64,000 nt of DNA from contig CAXXTF010000001.1 in NCBI GenBank assembly GCA_963665775.2, positions 640,001 through 704,000 of the forward strand. Direction: 5' to 3'. The notes beneath the pieces are model-generated. The model saw nothing but the letters and a program-made list of their open reading frames with translations, did not search any database and was not told the origin of the DNA. This stretch comes from Dehalococcoidia bacterium. GTDB taxonomy: Bacteria; Chloroflexota; Dehalococcoidia; SM23-28-2; RBG-16-64-32. Below, piece after piece: positions 42,173 through 51,654 of this stretch (the stretch's first letter is position 1; each line of letters begins with the position of its first letter). The position numbers and the translations under genes are program-made.

Positions 42173-42584
42173 TCACCCGTGGAGGCCCAGAACGGGATGA
42201 GCCACGATCCGGCCCACCCGCAGCGGGCCGGCCCGAGCAGATGGCTCGGTAGGGGTCAGGAGGTCCCGGGCGCGGTGAGGCCGCCCTCCATCGTAGCGGG
42301 CCACGTACTCCCGCAGCACACGGCGAAGGTGTCGCTCGTTGAAAATGATGAGGCGATCTAAGCGCGCCCGAACCGAGTGGCCTCGCACTAGGCCCAATGT
42401 CTTGCCGACCATGATCCTTGCCGACGGCGGATCCGAGACCGGCTCTCTTCATTATCGTGTGACAAGGGTGCCTGATTGACCGCCAGTGATCTCTTGGAAG
42501 AGCCTGCCGCCGTCGGCGTTGAACTCGGTGAGGACGCATGAAGGATTCCCTGGCAGACCCGCGGATCGATTTTGCCGCCCCACA
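42173..42584 (-). mobile_element. Internally deleted IS3/IS481-like element with left end
   Basis: LDRLIIFNERHLRRVLREYV..Y...RPHR integrase-core motif; end TGTGGGGCGGCAAAATCGATCCGC. Confidence 0.75.
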
Positions 42585-43004
42585 GGTGTAAAAGAGGCGA
42601 AAGTAACACGGAACTTCGACCGCTAATCAGGTGAGATAATCTCTGGCGATTTCCGGCCCACAGCTCTTCTTGGCTAATAATCCGGCGAATTGTGCGCACA
42701 ACGCGTTGGCTCATGGTGACGGAAAGACTGTAATCGAGCCATATGATTGTCGCTGCTCGCGTCCAGACAATATCCGTTACGGCACGGTAGTACCCATCCG
42801 CTACCCAGCGATCTCCCGTCAAGGCCTACTTACGCGGTCTCTAAAGACGCCTCTCGGATAAGGAGTCCAGTTCGGTCCCCAGCGCAGATGGTCAAGGTCG
42901 ACGTGAGGGATGCGGAGGCGCTCCGCCAATCGCTTTGCCAGTTCGGTCTTGCCGGAGCCGGGACTACCTACCACAGAGATGCGGCAATTGCGGGCTAGAT
43001 GCAT
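42585..43004 (-). pseudogene. Adenylate kinase-like/FlaR P-loop protein, frameshifted and 3'-truncated by IS end
   Basis: VVGSPGSGKT...DLDHLRWGPNW; WVADGYY...IIWLDY in next frame. Confidence 0.8.
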
Positions 43005-43212
43005 TAGAAAGACATTGTACTCCGCCTCGACTTTCTCCCCCGGAATTCGCCACTCGCCCCAACTCCAAGCCCGGTACCGGACCGCTTGGCGTCGGCAGTC
43101 AATCGATAGCCATTAATCCCCAGACGACATCGTTGGCCCCATTTAGGCTACTTCGATCGGGAGGCTATGCGCTGCGCTTGCCCGTTAGCAATACGCAGGT
43201 AATCTGCTTATA

Positions 43213-43599
43213 ATGTATTCCATGGGAAGAAAGCCCAACGCGCTGTTGCCGCTTGAGATATCCATCCTTGAGTCAGCGACCGACCTGAAGCGAGGTGGAG
43301 TGGAAGAGTTCCACGGGTTCGGTATCGCCAAGGAGATCAGAGATCGCGAGGGCGCTCGTCTTCTGGCGGCCCATGGGACGCTGTACAGGGCCTTGGGCCG
43401 GATGGAGAAGGCGGGCCTGCTGGTCAGCCAGTGGGAAGACCCAATCTGGGCCGCGAGTGAGAAGCGCCGGCGGCGTCACACTTATCGCGTGACACCGGCT
43501 GGTGAAGGGGCGCTCTCTAGAGCTAAGTCCATTCTGACCTGCTTCCATGAACACTACGTCACGCCATGTTGGTGGTGTCCGAGACGTTCGACCGGATAG
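43213..43599 (+). CDS. PadR family transcriptional regulator
   Basis: HGFGIAKEI...GTLYRALGRMEKAGLL..WE...RRHTYRVT. Confidence 0.85.
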   Translation: MYSMGRKPNALLPLEISILESATDLKRGGVEEFHGFGIAKEIRDREGARLLAAHGTLYRALGRMEKAGLLVSQWEDPIWAASEKRRRRHTYRVTPAGEGALSRAKSILTCFHEHYVTPCWWCPRRSTG

Positions 43600-43743
43600 T
43601 GTGGCCCGCGCCGTAGTCTCCAGGGAGCTGAACGATATCTGGGAGCTGGAGATCGGGCTGTGAGGTGGGCCTATTACGGTACGCAAGCCCAGGGCTGTAA
43701 CGCGCCTGACACTATGTGTCGTCAGCGCAGGTGACCGAACGAA

Positions 43744-44802
43744 TCAGCGCTGGTCGAAATCTAGCGACAGGCTGTTGATGCACCAACGCTGGCCGCTCCT
43801 ATCGCGTGGCCCGTCGTCGAAGACGTGACCGAGGTGGGAATCGCAGCGGGCGCACCTCACCTCCGTGCGGGCCATCCCCTGCGAACGGTCCTCGATAAGA
43901 TCGACCGCCTCCGGTGACACGGCATCGGTGAAGCTAGGCCAGCCGCAGTCGGAGTGGTACTTGGCCTCGCTGTCGAAGAGCGGGCTGCTGCAGGCGGCGC
44001 AGCGGTACATCCCGTCGTCGTCCGTATCGACGTACTCGCCGGTGAAAGGGCGCTCGGTCCCGGCCTGGCGGAGGACAGCGTACTGCTCCGGCGTCAGGCG
44101 ACGGCGCCACTCTTCGTCGTTCTCGGCTAACGGCAAGGGTCCGCCCTCCGGTTCCGACGATGTGGGGATCGCGCAGGAAACGCCCGTTCCAGCCAGGCCG
44201 CAGTACCCGTTCGGCACTTTGTGGAGGTACTGTTGGTGCCCCTCCTCCGCATAGTAGAAAGGGCCGGCCGGCGCGATCTCGGTGGTAGTCTCGGGGAAGC
44301 CGGCCTGCTGGAGGGCCTCGTTGTAGGCGTCGCTCGCGGACTCAGCGATCCGCCACTGCTCGTCGTCAGTGTAGTAGATGCCGGAACGATACTGAGTGCC
44401 AACATCATTGCCCTGGCGCATGCCCTGCGTCGGGTCATGCTCCTCGAAGAACGTCTTCAGCAGCAACTCGTAAGGTACCTTAACCGGGTCGAACGCTACG
44501 AGAACGGCCTCCGCGTGCCCGGTGCGACCCGAGCAGACCTCGTCGTAGGTGGGGTTCTTAGTGAAGCCGCCGGTGTATCCGGCTGCCGTCGTGTAAACGC
44601 CGGGCAGCTGCCAGAAGAGGCGCTCCGCACCCCAGAAGCACCCGAGCGCGAACACAGCGGTCTGGATGCCGTCGGGAAATGGCGGCTCAAGCACGGTTCC
44701 GAGGACGGCGTGCCGCGCGGGGATAGTGAACGCTGGCTGGTTTCGGCCAGGCAGGGCGTCGTCCGAGCCAATCATCTCGTTCTTGTGCTTGCTGAAGAGC
44801 AT
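43744..44802 (-). CDS. msrAB: Bifunctional peptide methionine sulfoxide reductase MsrA-MsrB
   Basis: GCFWGAE and [10 protein letters not shown] (MsrA); [30 protein letters not shown] (MsrB). Confidence 0.95.
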   Translation of the reverse strand: MLFSKHKNEMIGSDDALPGRNQPAFTIPARHAVLGTVLEPPFPDGIQTAVFALGCFWGAERLFWQLPGVYTTAAGYTGGFTKNPTYDEVCSGRTGHAEAVLVAFDPVKVPYELLLKTFFEEHDPTQGMRQGNDVGTQYRSGIYYTDDEQWRIAESASDAYNEALQQAGFPETTTEIAPAGPFYYAEEGHQQYLHKVPNGYCGLAGTGVSCAIPTSSEPEGGPLPLAENDEEWRRRLTPEQYAVLRQAGTERPFTGEYVDTDDDGMYRCAACSSPLFDSEAKYHSDCGWPSFTDAVSPEAVDLIEDRSQGMARTEVRCARCDSHLGHVFDDGPRDRSGQRWCINSLSLDFDQR

Positions 44803-44901
44803 CTCCTTGCCTCCAGAATAAAGTATAACCGTTGTCGAGCGAACGTGGCGCGGGCGCAATGAAAAACCTTTCGGGTCGTCACCGACTAGGGGCGGTCAGA
44901 T

Positions 44902-44926
44902 GCGGATGGAATTTTTGCGTCCCGCA
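44902..44926 (+). mobile_element. Orphan end of IS3/IS481-like element
   Basis: GCGGATGGAATTTTTGCGTCCCGCA. Confidence 0.5.
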
Positions 44927-45001
44927 ACCTTATCAAAGGCCATTCTAGAATGACCACACCGTTTCGCGGCATCCTTTAGATATGGGACCTTCGACTTTCA
45001 G

Positions 45002-45580
45002 CTAGAGACTGTCTGCGAATTCTTGAGACGTAGTCACCTCAGCCATCCGAGAAATCACATTCTCCACCGCCCAGTCGTGCTCTTCCTGACGGGATGCCGC
45101 GCAGCAGTCCTCAACTAGAAAGACCTGATAGTCCAGGTCGGCGGCATATCGTACAGCGGCCTCCACGCTGAAGATGGTGCTCATCCCCATGATGAATATC
45201 GTCTCGACATCGTGAGCCCTGAGAACGGACTCCAACTCCGATCCGAAGAACGGATTGACCCGCGGCCGGCTTACCACGACTTCGCCAGGCGCTGGCCTGA
45301 CCAGCTCGTGGAACTCCACGTTATCGCTGCCGGCCTTTAGCGAGCCGTTTGCCTTGATCATGCTGAAGAGCTTGTTTCGGTCACTAACCTCGGGATAGCC
45401 TTCGCGGAAGCCTATGGTCACGTGAATCACCGGGATGCCATTGGCCCGGGCCGCATCCATAACTCTCTTGGCGTTTTCCATCGTGTTTCGCTCCTGGACC
45501 ATCTTATTGCCGGCGTTGCGTTGGAAGAGTTCGCTGGCGATGATCGCGGTCCTCGTCTTGTCGAATGAGAGCTCTCTCAA
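45002..45580 (-). CDS. Isochorismatase/cysteine hydrolase family protein
   Basis: GIPVIHV, RVNPFFGSELESVLRAHDV, GMSTIFSVEAAVRYAADLDY. Confidence 0.88.
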   Translation of the reverse strand: MRELSFDKTRTAIIASELFQRNAGNKMVQERNTMENAKRVMDAARANGIPVIHVTIGFREGYPEVSDRNKLFSMIKANGSLKAGSDNVEFHELVRPAPGEVVVSRPRVNPFFGSELESVLRAHDVETIFIMGMSTIFSVEAAVRYAADLDYQVFLVEDCCAASRQEEHDWAVENVISRMAEVTTSQEFADSL

Positions 45581-45817
45581 GATATACCTTCTTCCTGGGC
45601 TAGTGGCGTTGGGCCAGGTCAAGTATGAACCTTAGGGCACCCGAGACTCAAACAGGCATGCTCAAGGCCCTCGACGACGCCTAGTCACGTCCCGAGTTGC
45701 TTCCTAGCATCGCTTTTCCCGAATACAGGGCTGAGCGTACTAAAATGCCTTCTGGGCACTCAAGATTCACCAATGTTTCCTGCCGCCTGAGTTGAGCTTG
45801 CTATTGAGACAAGGCTT

Positions 45818-46003
45818 CTATGATGAAGAGCCCCAGTCGGTCGGTTTGTAGCCATCCCAGGACTCCAGCATGCCAAGCTCGGAATAGCGGAGGCGCCACC
45901 GCCAGGCCGTCCAGCCGATGTTGCGTTCCTCAGCGTATTGGAGCAGGGGGCCAAGCATGCCTGTGCCAATCGCAGAGGCGCACCGAGCCCCGGACCACAT
46001 CAC
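45818..46003 (-). pseudogene. C-terminal fragment of GH5-like glycoside hydrolase
   Basis: LLQYAEERNIGWTAWRW...LESWDGYKPTDWG. Confidence 0.55.
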
Positions 46004-46200
46004 AATTGAATCACGGACAGTACGGTATCGATTGCCTACCCAGCGGGGGACGAATATAATACCGCCATCGGCTTATCACCAACTTGGTAAGGTGCGAGGC
46101 TGGGTTGGAAAACCGTCGTGATGGTGTGTCACCGCCCTCACCTTTACGCTGGTGATCCTACCGTCTCCTTCCTATAAGGGCATTTAGCAAAGGAGCGAAT

Positions 46201-47382
46201 ATGGCTGAGGAGTTCAGCATTAAGGATAAGGTCTGCGTTGTCGGCATCGGCGAGACGGAATTCACCAAGGCCGGGGTCATCACCCGCAGCGAGTTTCAGT
46301 TAGCCTGCGAGGCCATCGTCAAGGCGGTCGATGACGCGGGTCTCAAGATGACCGACATCAACGGCATCTGCTCCTACGCAAATGACCGTAACGAGGCAGT
46401 ACGTCTCGCCACGGCCCTGGGGATTCCCGACCTCGCCTTCAGCAACATGCAATGGAGCGGTGGCGGTGGTGGAGGCTCGGCATCTGTGGCCAATGCCTGC
46501 GCTGCAATCGTCGCTGGCTATGCTAAGAACGTGGTGGCCTTCCGCGCTCTGGCCCAGGGGCAATTTGGCCGATTCGGCCAGGGACTCGCTGCCAGATCTG
46601 ACAGGATCACCGGCCAGGCAGCGTACACCGCTCCCTTCGGCGTGATGACGGCGGGTCAGAATCTAGCCGCCATGCCGGCTCGGCGCCATATGCACGAGTT
46701 CGGGACTAAGCATGAACACTTCGGTGCTATCTCGATGGCCAGCTATAAGCACGCCCAGCGCAACCCTCGCGCCATCATGTATGGTCGCCCTCTGACTATG
46801 GAGACTTACCTGAATTCCCGCTGGATTGCGGAGCCTCTGCACCTGTTTGATTGCTGCCTGGAGAACGACGGCGCCGCAGCGGCGGTGCTGACCTCCGCTG
46901 AGAGGGCCAAGGATCTGAAGCCACGGCCCGTATACATCATGGCGGCAGCCCAGGGGAACGGATTTCGCTATGGCGCCGGCGCCCACAACGGTCCCAACTA
47001 CGTCACGACCAATCATGACGTTGTGGCACCTCGGCTGTGGCAGATGGCCGGCATCGGTCCTCAGGATGTGGATGTGGCCCAGTTCTATGAGAACTTCACT
47101 CCGCTGGTCCTCATGTCCATTGAGGACTACGGTTTTTGCAAAAAGGGTGAAGGGGGTCCGTTCGTCGAGGGCGGGCGGATCGAGTGGCCGGATGGCGAGC
47201 TGCCGATCAATACCAGCGGCGGCAATCTAGCCGAGGCCTACATCCACGGCTTCGAGCTGATTACTGAGGGAGTGCGGCAGGTGCGCGGTACGTCCAACTG
47301 CCAGGTGAAGGACGCGGAGATTAGCCTTGTGGTCAGCGGTCCAGGTGTGACCCCAGTAAGCTCTCTTATTCTGCGGAGGTAA
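46201..47382 (+). CDS. Ltp2-like thiolase-superfamily protein
   Basis: GGGGGSA without nucleophilic Cys, DCCLENDG, FYENF, NTSGGNLAEAYIHG. Confidence 0.9.
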   Translation: MAEEFSIKDKVCVVGIGETEFTKAGVITRSEFQLACEAIVKAVDDAGLKMTDINGICSYANDRNEAVRLATALGIPDLAFSNMQWSGGGGGGSASVANACAAIVAGYAKNVVAFRALAQGQFGRFGQGLAARSDRITGQAAYTAPFGVMTAGQNLAAMPARRHMHEFGTKHEHFGAISMASYKHAQRNPRAIMYGRPLTMETYLNSRWIAEPLHLFDCCLENDGAAAAVLTSAERAKDLKPRPVYIMAAAQGNGFRYGAGAHNGPNYVTTNHDVVAPRLWQMAGIGPQDVDVAQFYENFTPLVLMSIEDYGFCKKGEGGPFVEGGRIEWPDGELPINTSGGNLAEAYIHGFELITEGVRQVRGTSNCQVKDAEISLVVSGPGVTPVSSLILRR

Positions 47383-47384
47383 GC

Positions 47385-47825
47385 ATGGCCGACCAGTTCT
47401 TTCCCCCAGGTATGCCTTTACCAGCTTCGGACCCCAGCAGTGAGGACGCTGGCTTCTGGGAAGCCTGCGGTCGCCATGAACTGGTCGTCCAGCGCTGTAC
47501 GGACTGTGGCACCTTCCGCCACACCCCAGAGGTCATCTGCTACAAGTGCCTCTCCTTCAACTACGAATGGCACAGGGTGAGCGGGAAGGGTAGGATCTAC
47601 AGCCACATGAATGTTGTCTATCCAACACACCCGGCCTTGCGAGAGCGGGTGCCCTACAATGCGATCCTCGTGGAGCTAGAGGACGCCCAAGGGATACGGA
47701 TGGTGGGCAATCTCGTGGATTGTTCCTATGAAGATATCCATATAGGGATGCCCGTAGAGGTCTGTTTCGAAGACCACCCTGATAAGGACGTGACGCTCCC
47801 CCTCTGGAAGCGGCTCGATCAGTAG
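47385..47825 (+). CDS. DUF35 Zn-ribbon/OB-fold protein
   Basis: FWEAC...QRCTDCG...CYKC...IGMPVEVCFE; coupled to thiolase. Confidence 0.92.
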   Translation: MADQFFPPGMPLPASDPSSEDAGFWEACGRHELVVQRCTDCGTFRHTPEVICYKCLSFNYEWHRVSGKGRIYSHMNVVYPTHPALRERVPYNAILVELEDAQGIRMVGNLVDCSYEDIHIGMPVEVCFEDHPDKDVTLPLWKRLDQ

Positions 47826-48049
47826 GGGTTGGTCCTCTGGGATCGGTCTATGCTGGGACGACTTCCTGGTGGGCTCATGCAAACCGATTCCAACGTCCAG
47901 CTGGTGGAGAGCTACCTCAATGACGGCATTTCAGGTATTCCGATTCTGCACGCTGCGGGGTTGTCGCTAACCGGTGGCCAACCTCACTCTGCTGACAATT
48001 CTTGCCCAGTCAGTTTTCAAGCGGTACCTCCCGGGTTGGCAGACAGGCA

Positions 48050-48265
48050 AAGTCAGGCCGATAAGGTACTTCGCTCTACTTGCGCTTGTTCCAGGCGAGA
48101 GATATGACCCATTCGGCCTGGCGTGGCACGCGCTGACTGATCCCAAAAAGCTAAGTGTGACCGAGAGGCTGGCATGGTCAGCGAGCGCAAGGAGAAGCTG
48201 AGACGTACAGAGACATATGCCTTTGACAGGAGGCAAAGTGCCAACCAACGAGACAGTTGTCGCGG
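48050..48265 (-). pseudogene. Glycosyltransferase family 4 N-terminal fragment
   Basis: VSLVGTLPPVKGI...LLLALA; degenerate. Confidence 0.45.
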
Positions 48266-48364
48266 CACTCTCGAATCTTGGCTTCCCGTTCTGCTGATCT
48301 GGAGACCGCCTAACGCTGGTCATTGAGGTCACCTGCATCGGCCGAATGCGAGGAAACGGAAGCC

Positions 48365-48524
48365 GTGCTCTCTCCCGATGCCCAAGAAGGTCAATCCGGC
48401 CTCTTCTAATAAGTGATCTATCTAGGAGGTTTCTTGCGTCGAGAAGCGTTCGTCGCTTCATGACCTTGGCCACGTTGGTCCAAGGTCTCTGTTCGAACTC
48501 CTCCCAGCCGATCATCAGCACCAA
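48365..48524 (-). pseudogene. UDP-glucose dehydrogenase C-terminal fragment
   Basis: VLMIGWEEF...VAKVMKRRTLLDARNLLD. Confidence 0.7.
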
Positions 48525-48555
48525 CGATTACGCTCGCCGCCCGATATCGCGAAGC

Positions 48556-48834
48556 CTAATCCGGTGGCTCATCGCTCCTCTCCGAACGGATGCCCTGCCG
48601 CACGGAAGGTGGCACCTGAAGTACTATGAGATCGCCGGGGCCACAGTCGAAATATTCGCAGAGCCGCTCCAGGACAGCTAGATCTACGCGCCTGCCCTGA
48701 CCAGCCGCGAGACGTGACAGTGTGCTGGGGAATATTCCAGTCGCCTTGTGGATATCCGCATACGTAACACGACGCCCTTCAACCCGGGCCTTGGCTGCCA
48801 TCAACTCCCTAAGCCGAAATCTGATCACCTGCAC
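48556..48834 (-). CDS. Xre/Cro-C1 (HTH_26-like) repressor
   Basis: IRFRLRELM...DIHKATGIFPSTLSRL...LERLCEYFDCGPGDL; AAGGA RBS. Confidence 0.9.
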   Translation of the reverse strand: MQVIRFRLRELMAAKARVEGRRVTYADIHKATGIFPSTLSRLAAGQGRRVDLAVLERLCEYFDCGPGDLIVLQVPPSVRQGIRSERSDEPPD

Positions 48835-48905
48835 TTGACATCCTTAGCGCTTTAGCGTATAATCTTAGCATCTACGCGAATACTCTTAGCTCTAGGGCTT
48901 ACGTT
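48835..48905 (+). promoter_or_regulatory. Consensus sigma70 promoter overlaid by three 21-bp operator-like repeats
   Basis: TTGACA 48835-48840, 17 bp, TATAAT 48858-48863; CTTAGC at 48843, 48864, 48885. Confidence 0.85.
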
Positions 48906-49778
48906 ATGCTGGTCGTCCCCGATTCACGTTGTGAGATCTGTAGTACCTCCAGAAACCTGGAGGTCCACCACATCGAGCCTCGCCGGATGGGAGGCTCCCG
49001 CCGTCCCGAGATCGAAGCTCCCTCCAATAAGGCCGTCCTCTGCCGCTCCTGCCACACAGAGATCACCGAGCAGCGCTGGCGCCTCAGCCGCACAAAGACC
49101 GAGCTCATTATCACCGATGTGGCCACGGGAGATGTCGTGGCGCGACGCCTGAGGGATCCGAAGTTCGACCCCTCCCAGTACTTCCAAGAGCTCAACCTCC
49201 TCGAGGCTCAGCTTGAGGACCTCGTTCAAGGCATACCTTATCTCACTGACGACCAGCTCGTCGACCTCTTCAGCCACCTCAGCACACTGGATCAGCACAG
49301 CTGGAAGGCCCAGGCAGCCGTCCTCTGGGAGGCGAAGCGCCGCAGCGTCTACGGAGACCGGGCCTGGGAGGCGATGGGTCGCGCCTTCGGCATCGGCTGG
49401 CGACAGGCCTACAACCTGGCCCGGGTCTGGGAGGTCTTCTTCATGGGCAAAGACGGCCAATTTTGCAATCAAATGCAAAATTCAAGCCTTCAAGAGGTCA
49501 CCTGGTATGTCGTGGCCAGCGAGACCGACGGCCCCCACTTCTGGCTGGCCTACGCCGAGGATCGCAAGGCACAGTACCCGGGCTACTCCATATCAGACTT
49601 TCGTGACGAGATCAGCATAGCCGGGGCGAAACAGGACGACCCGAGCGCTCCCGGCAGCGATCCTCAGCGCTGCCAGTGGCTACGGGTCTACTGCACCAAG
49701 CTCAGGCGTGTGGTCCGGCCCGGCGACTGCCCCGGCTGCGATCTGCCCGCCCCATCTGTCCAGGAGGCCTCATCATGA
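48906..49778 (+). CDS. HNH endonuclease domain fused to helical/HTH-like region and C-terminal Cys motif
   Basis: CEIC...EVHHIEPRRMGG...SNKAVLCRSCH; C-terminal C-x6-C-x11-CPGC. Confidence 0.8.
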   Translation: MLVVPDSRCEICSTSRNLEVHHIEPRRMGGSRRPEIEAPSNKAVLCRSCHTEITEQRWRLSRTKTELIITDVATGDVVARRLRDPKFDPSQYFQELNLLEAQLEDLVQGIPYLTDDQLVDLFSHLSTLDQHSWKAQAAVLWEAKRRSVYGDRAWEAMGRAFGIGWRQAYNLARVWEVFFMGKDGQFCNQMQNSSLQEVTWYVVASETDGPHFWLAYAEDRKAQYPGYSISDFRDEISIAGAKQDDPSAPGSDPQRCQWLRVYCTKLRRVVRPGDCPGCDLPAPSVQEASS

Positions 49779-50419
49779 CGACGGAAACATACGACGACCG
49801 GCTGCGCGCCTTTGCCGCGGGGAAGCGGCTGGGGCGCCTGGCCAAGGCCGTGCGCGATCCCTAGGACGGCAGCTGCGACGCCTGCGGCTCCACTCTCCCC
49901 AGCACGCTTTTCGGCCTGAAGGACTCGACGGAAGGCCGCCACTACTTCGTGGGTCAGAACTGCCTGGCCTCACTCCTGGAGATAGGGCTTGTAGCCAGGG
50001 GCCGCTACCGCTAGAGCGCCGAGAAGGCCTACCGCGAAGAGATGGAGGTCAGACGAAACGGGGCAGCCTCAAGCCAGCACGAGTCGCGGGCCCCCGACAG
50101 CCTGGCCGGCGTACGCCCGCCCCTACCCCGACGGTCCGTCTGCATCATCAAGACTGACGCCGACTTCGAGGTCGTAGCACACATCGATGATGGTCAGCGG
50201 CGGGTCACGGGGCGGGCCCGAGAGTCTCGCTGGCGGTCAGCGTGGGCCCGCGACGACCACGGAACAGTCATCCTGGAGCGCGGCCAAGAGCCTAGGCCGA
50301 GAGCTCTGGCGATCGCCGTCCTGAGGGCCTATGGCCGGGCCCTCACCGAATTGCGGCAGGTCGAAGGTCGCGACGCCAGCGTGCCGGACGATGCATCGAA
50401 TGGGGACACCAACAGGTGA
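49775..50419 (+). pseudogene. Zn-finger hypothetical protein with two in-frame TAG codons
   Basis: CDACG...VGQNC; TAG at 49862 and 50012; ATGA and GTGA overlaps with both neighbours define one frame. Confidence 0.75.
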
Positions 50420-50832
50420 TAGGGACCATCGAGGAGCTCAGACTCCTTGTCGAGGATGCGTCCAGGGCCCGGCCTCATCTCACGAGTCGGCTGGAGAAGG
50501 CGGCCTTCCTCCTGCTCCTCCGCCCTGTCGAGAAAGTGGGGAGCGACGAATGGCGCGTAGGCTCCGAGGACGGTCTGCGCTTCTACACGGTGCGCGATGA
50601 TGCCTGCGAATGCTCCGACTACGTGCGGCACGGCAGAGGCCACCTGTGCAAGCATCGCATTGCCGTCTTCCTCCACCTATCTCTGGAAGGGACGGGGCGG
50701 AAGCCAGCTCGAGACCAGCGACGAAAGTCAGGTGGCCCGGGCCACGACCTTGAGAGCTCTTTCAAGGCGGAACGCGCCTCAAAAGGTGGGCAGGACAGAA
50801 TGACGCTGCAAGATCCGATCTTGCAGCGGTAG
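50416..50832 (+). CDS. SWIM zinc-finger protein
   Basis: YTVRDDACECSDY...LCKHRIAV (CxC...CxH). Confidence 0.85.
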   Translation: MIGTIEELRLLVEDASRARPHLTSRLEKAAFLLLLRPVEKVGSDEWRVGSEDGLRFYTVRDDACECSDYVRHGRGHLCKHRIAVFLHLSLEGTGRKPARDQRRKSGGPGHDLESSFKAERASKGGQDRMTLQDPILQR

Positions 50833-51179
50833 GGCGCCATGAATGTCGGTGCGGCTCCATCAAGAAGAAGCCTTCGCGTCGGCGACCGAACTGGGACCCT
50901 GCGTCCGCTTCGGCACCACCAGCGCCCAATCCGCGCCCGTCCAACCAAATCCTGAGTTGCATCCGGCGTCAGTGGGCGCAAGAACTCGAGGCCCACATCA
51001 ACCGAGTGCTCTAGCAGGCCCTGCACGAGCCGTAAATGACATGACAGAAAACTAGAAACTGCGAAACAAATTCGGCTGTGGATGCGAACATGACCGCCCT
51101 GCCCGCATAACGCTGCTCACTCCGTATGCTGAAGCCCGCGTTCACGGCATCGTGCACGCATCTGGGAAGGCCGAATGTG

Positions 51180-51460
51180 ATCGATTCTTGCCGCCGCCAT
51201 CAAGGACCGCACGCGATCGAATCTCAGCTCGCGAAACTCGTCCCACTCGGTCATAAGGATCAAGAGCTCTGAATCATCAATCGCATGACACACTTCTCGA
51301 TATCGCGCCCCATCACCGAATGAGGTCTCATCATCGAGGTGAACCTCGGGATCATATGCCCTGACCAGAAGCCGCGGGCAGCGAGTCGCTCGCAGATGTT
51401 CATGCCCGGAGAGCCCCGTGTATCGTTCGTGCCTGGCTTCATTGCTAAACCAAGAACAGG
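51180..51460 (-). pseudogene. UDP-glucose dehydrogenase C-terminal fragment (second)
   Basis: LGLAMKPGTNDTRGSP then frameshift to VRAYDP...LILMTEWDEFREL. Confidence 0.8.
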
Positions 51461-51648
51461 TCGGCGGCACGGATGAGGGGGAGCTCGGACTGGCGGAGGA
51501 TGCGTTCGTCCTCCTCTAGGTTGGTGCCGGCGAGGCGGACGACGATGGAGATACGGACGGCCATCTGTTTGTGGGCGTCGATGATGCCCTGGGCGATGAT
51601 GTCGACGCGGGTCATGCACCGAAGATGTTGATGAGAACGGCGCGGTAT
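51460..51648 (-). pseudogene. sucC: Succinyl-CoA synthetase beta subunit C-terminal fragment
   Basis: AVLINIFG..TRVDIIAQGIIDAH...IVVRLAGTNLEE..RIL..SEL. Confidence 0.75.
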
Positions 51649-51654
51649 GGGCCG

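Noticed and set aside
48365-51460. Switch module inserted into a single ugd gene
   Set aside because: Both flanking fragments cover the same xxxWxEF segment with different sequences, so they come from two paralogues; no target duplication seen
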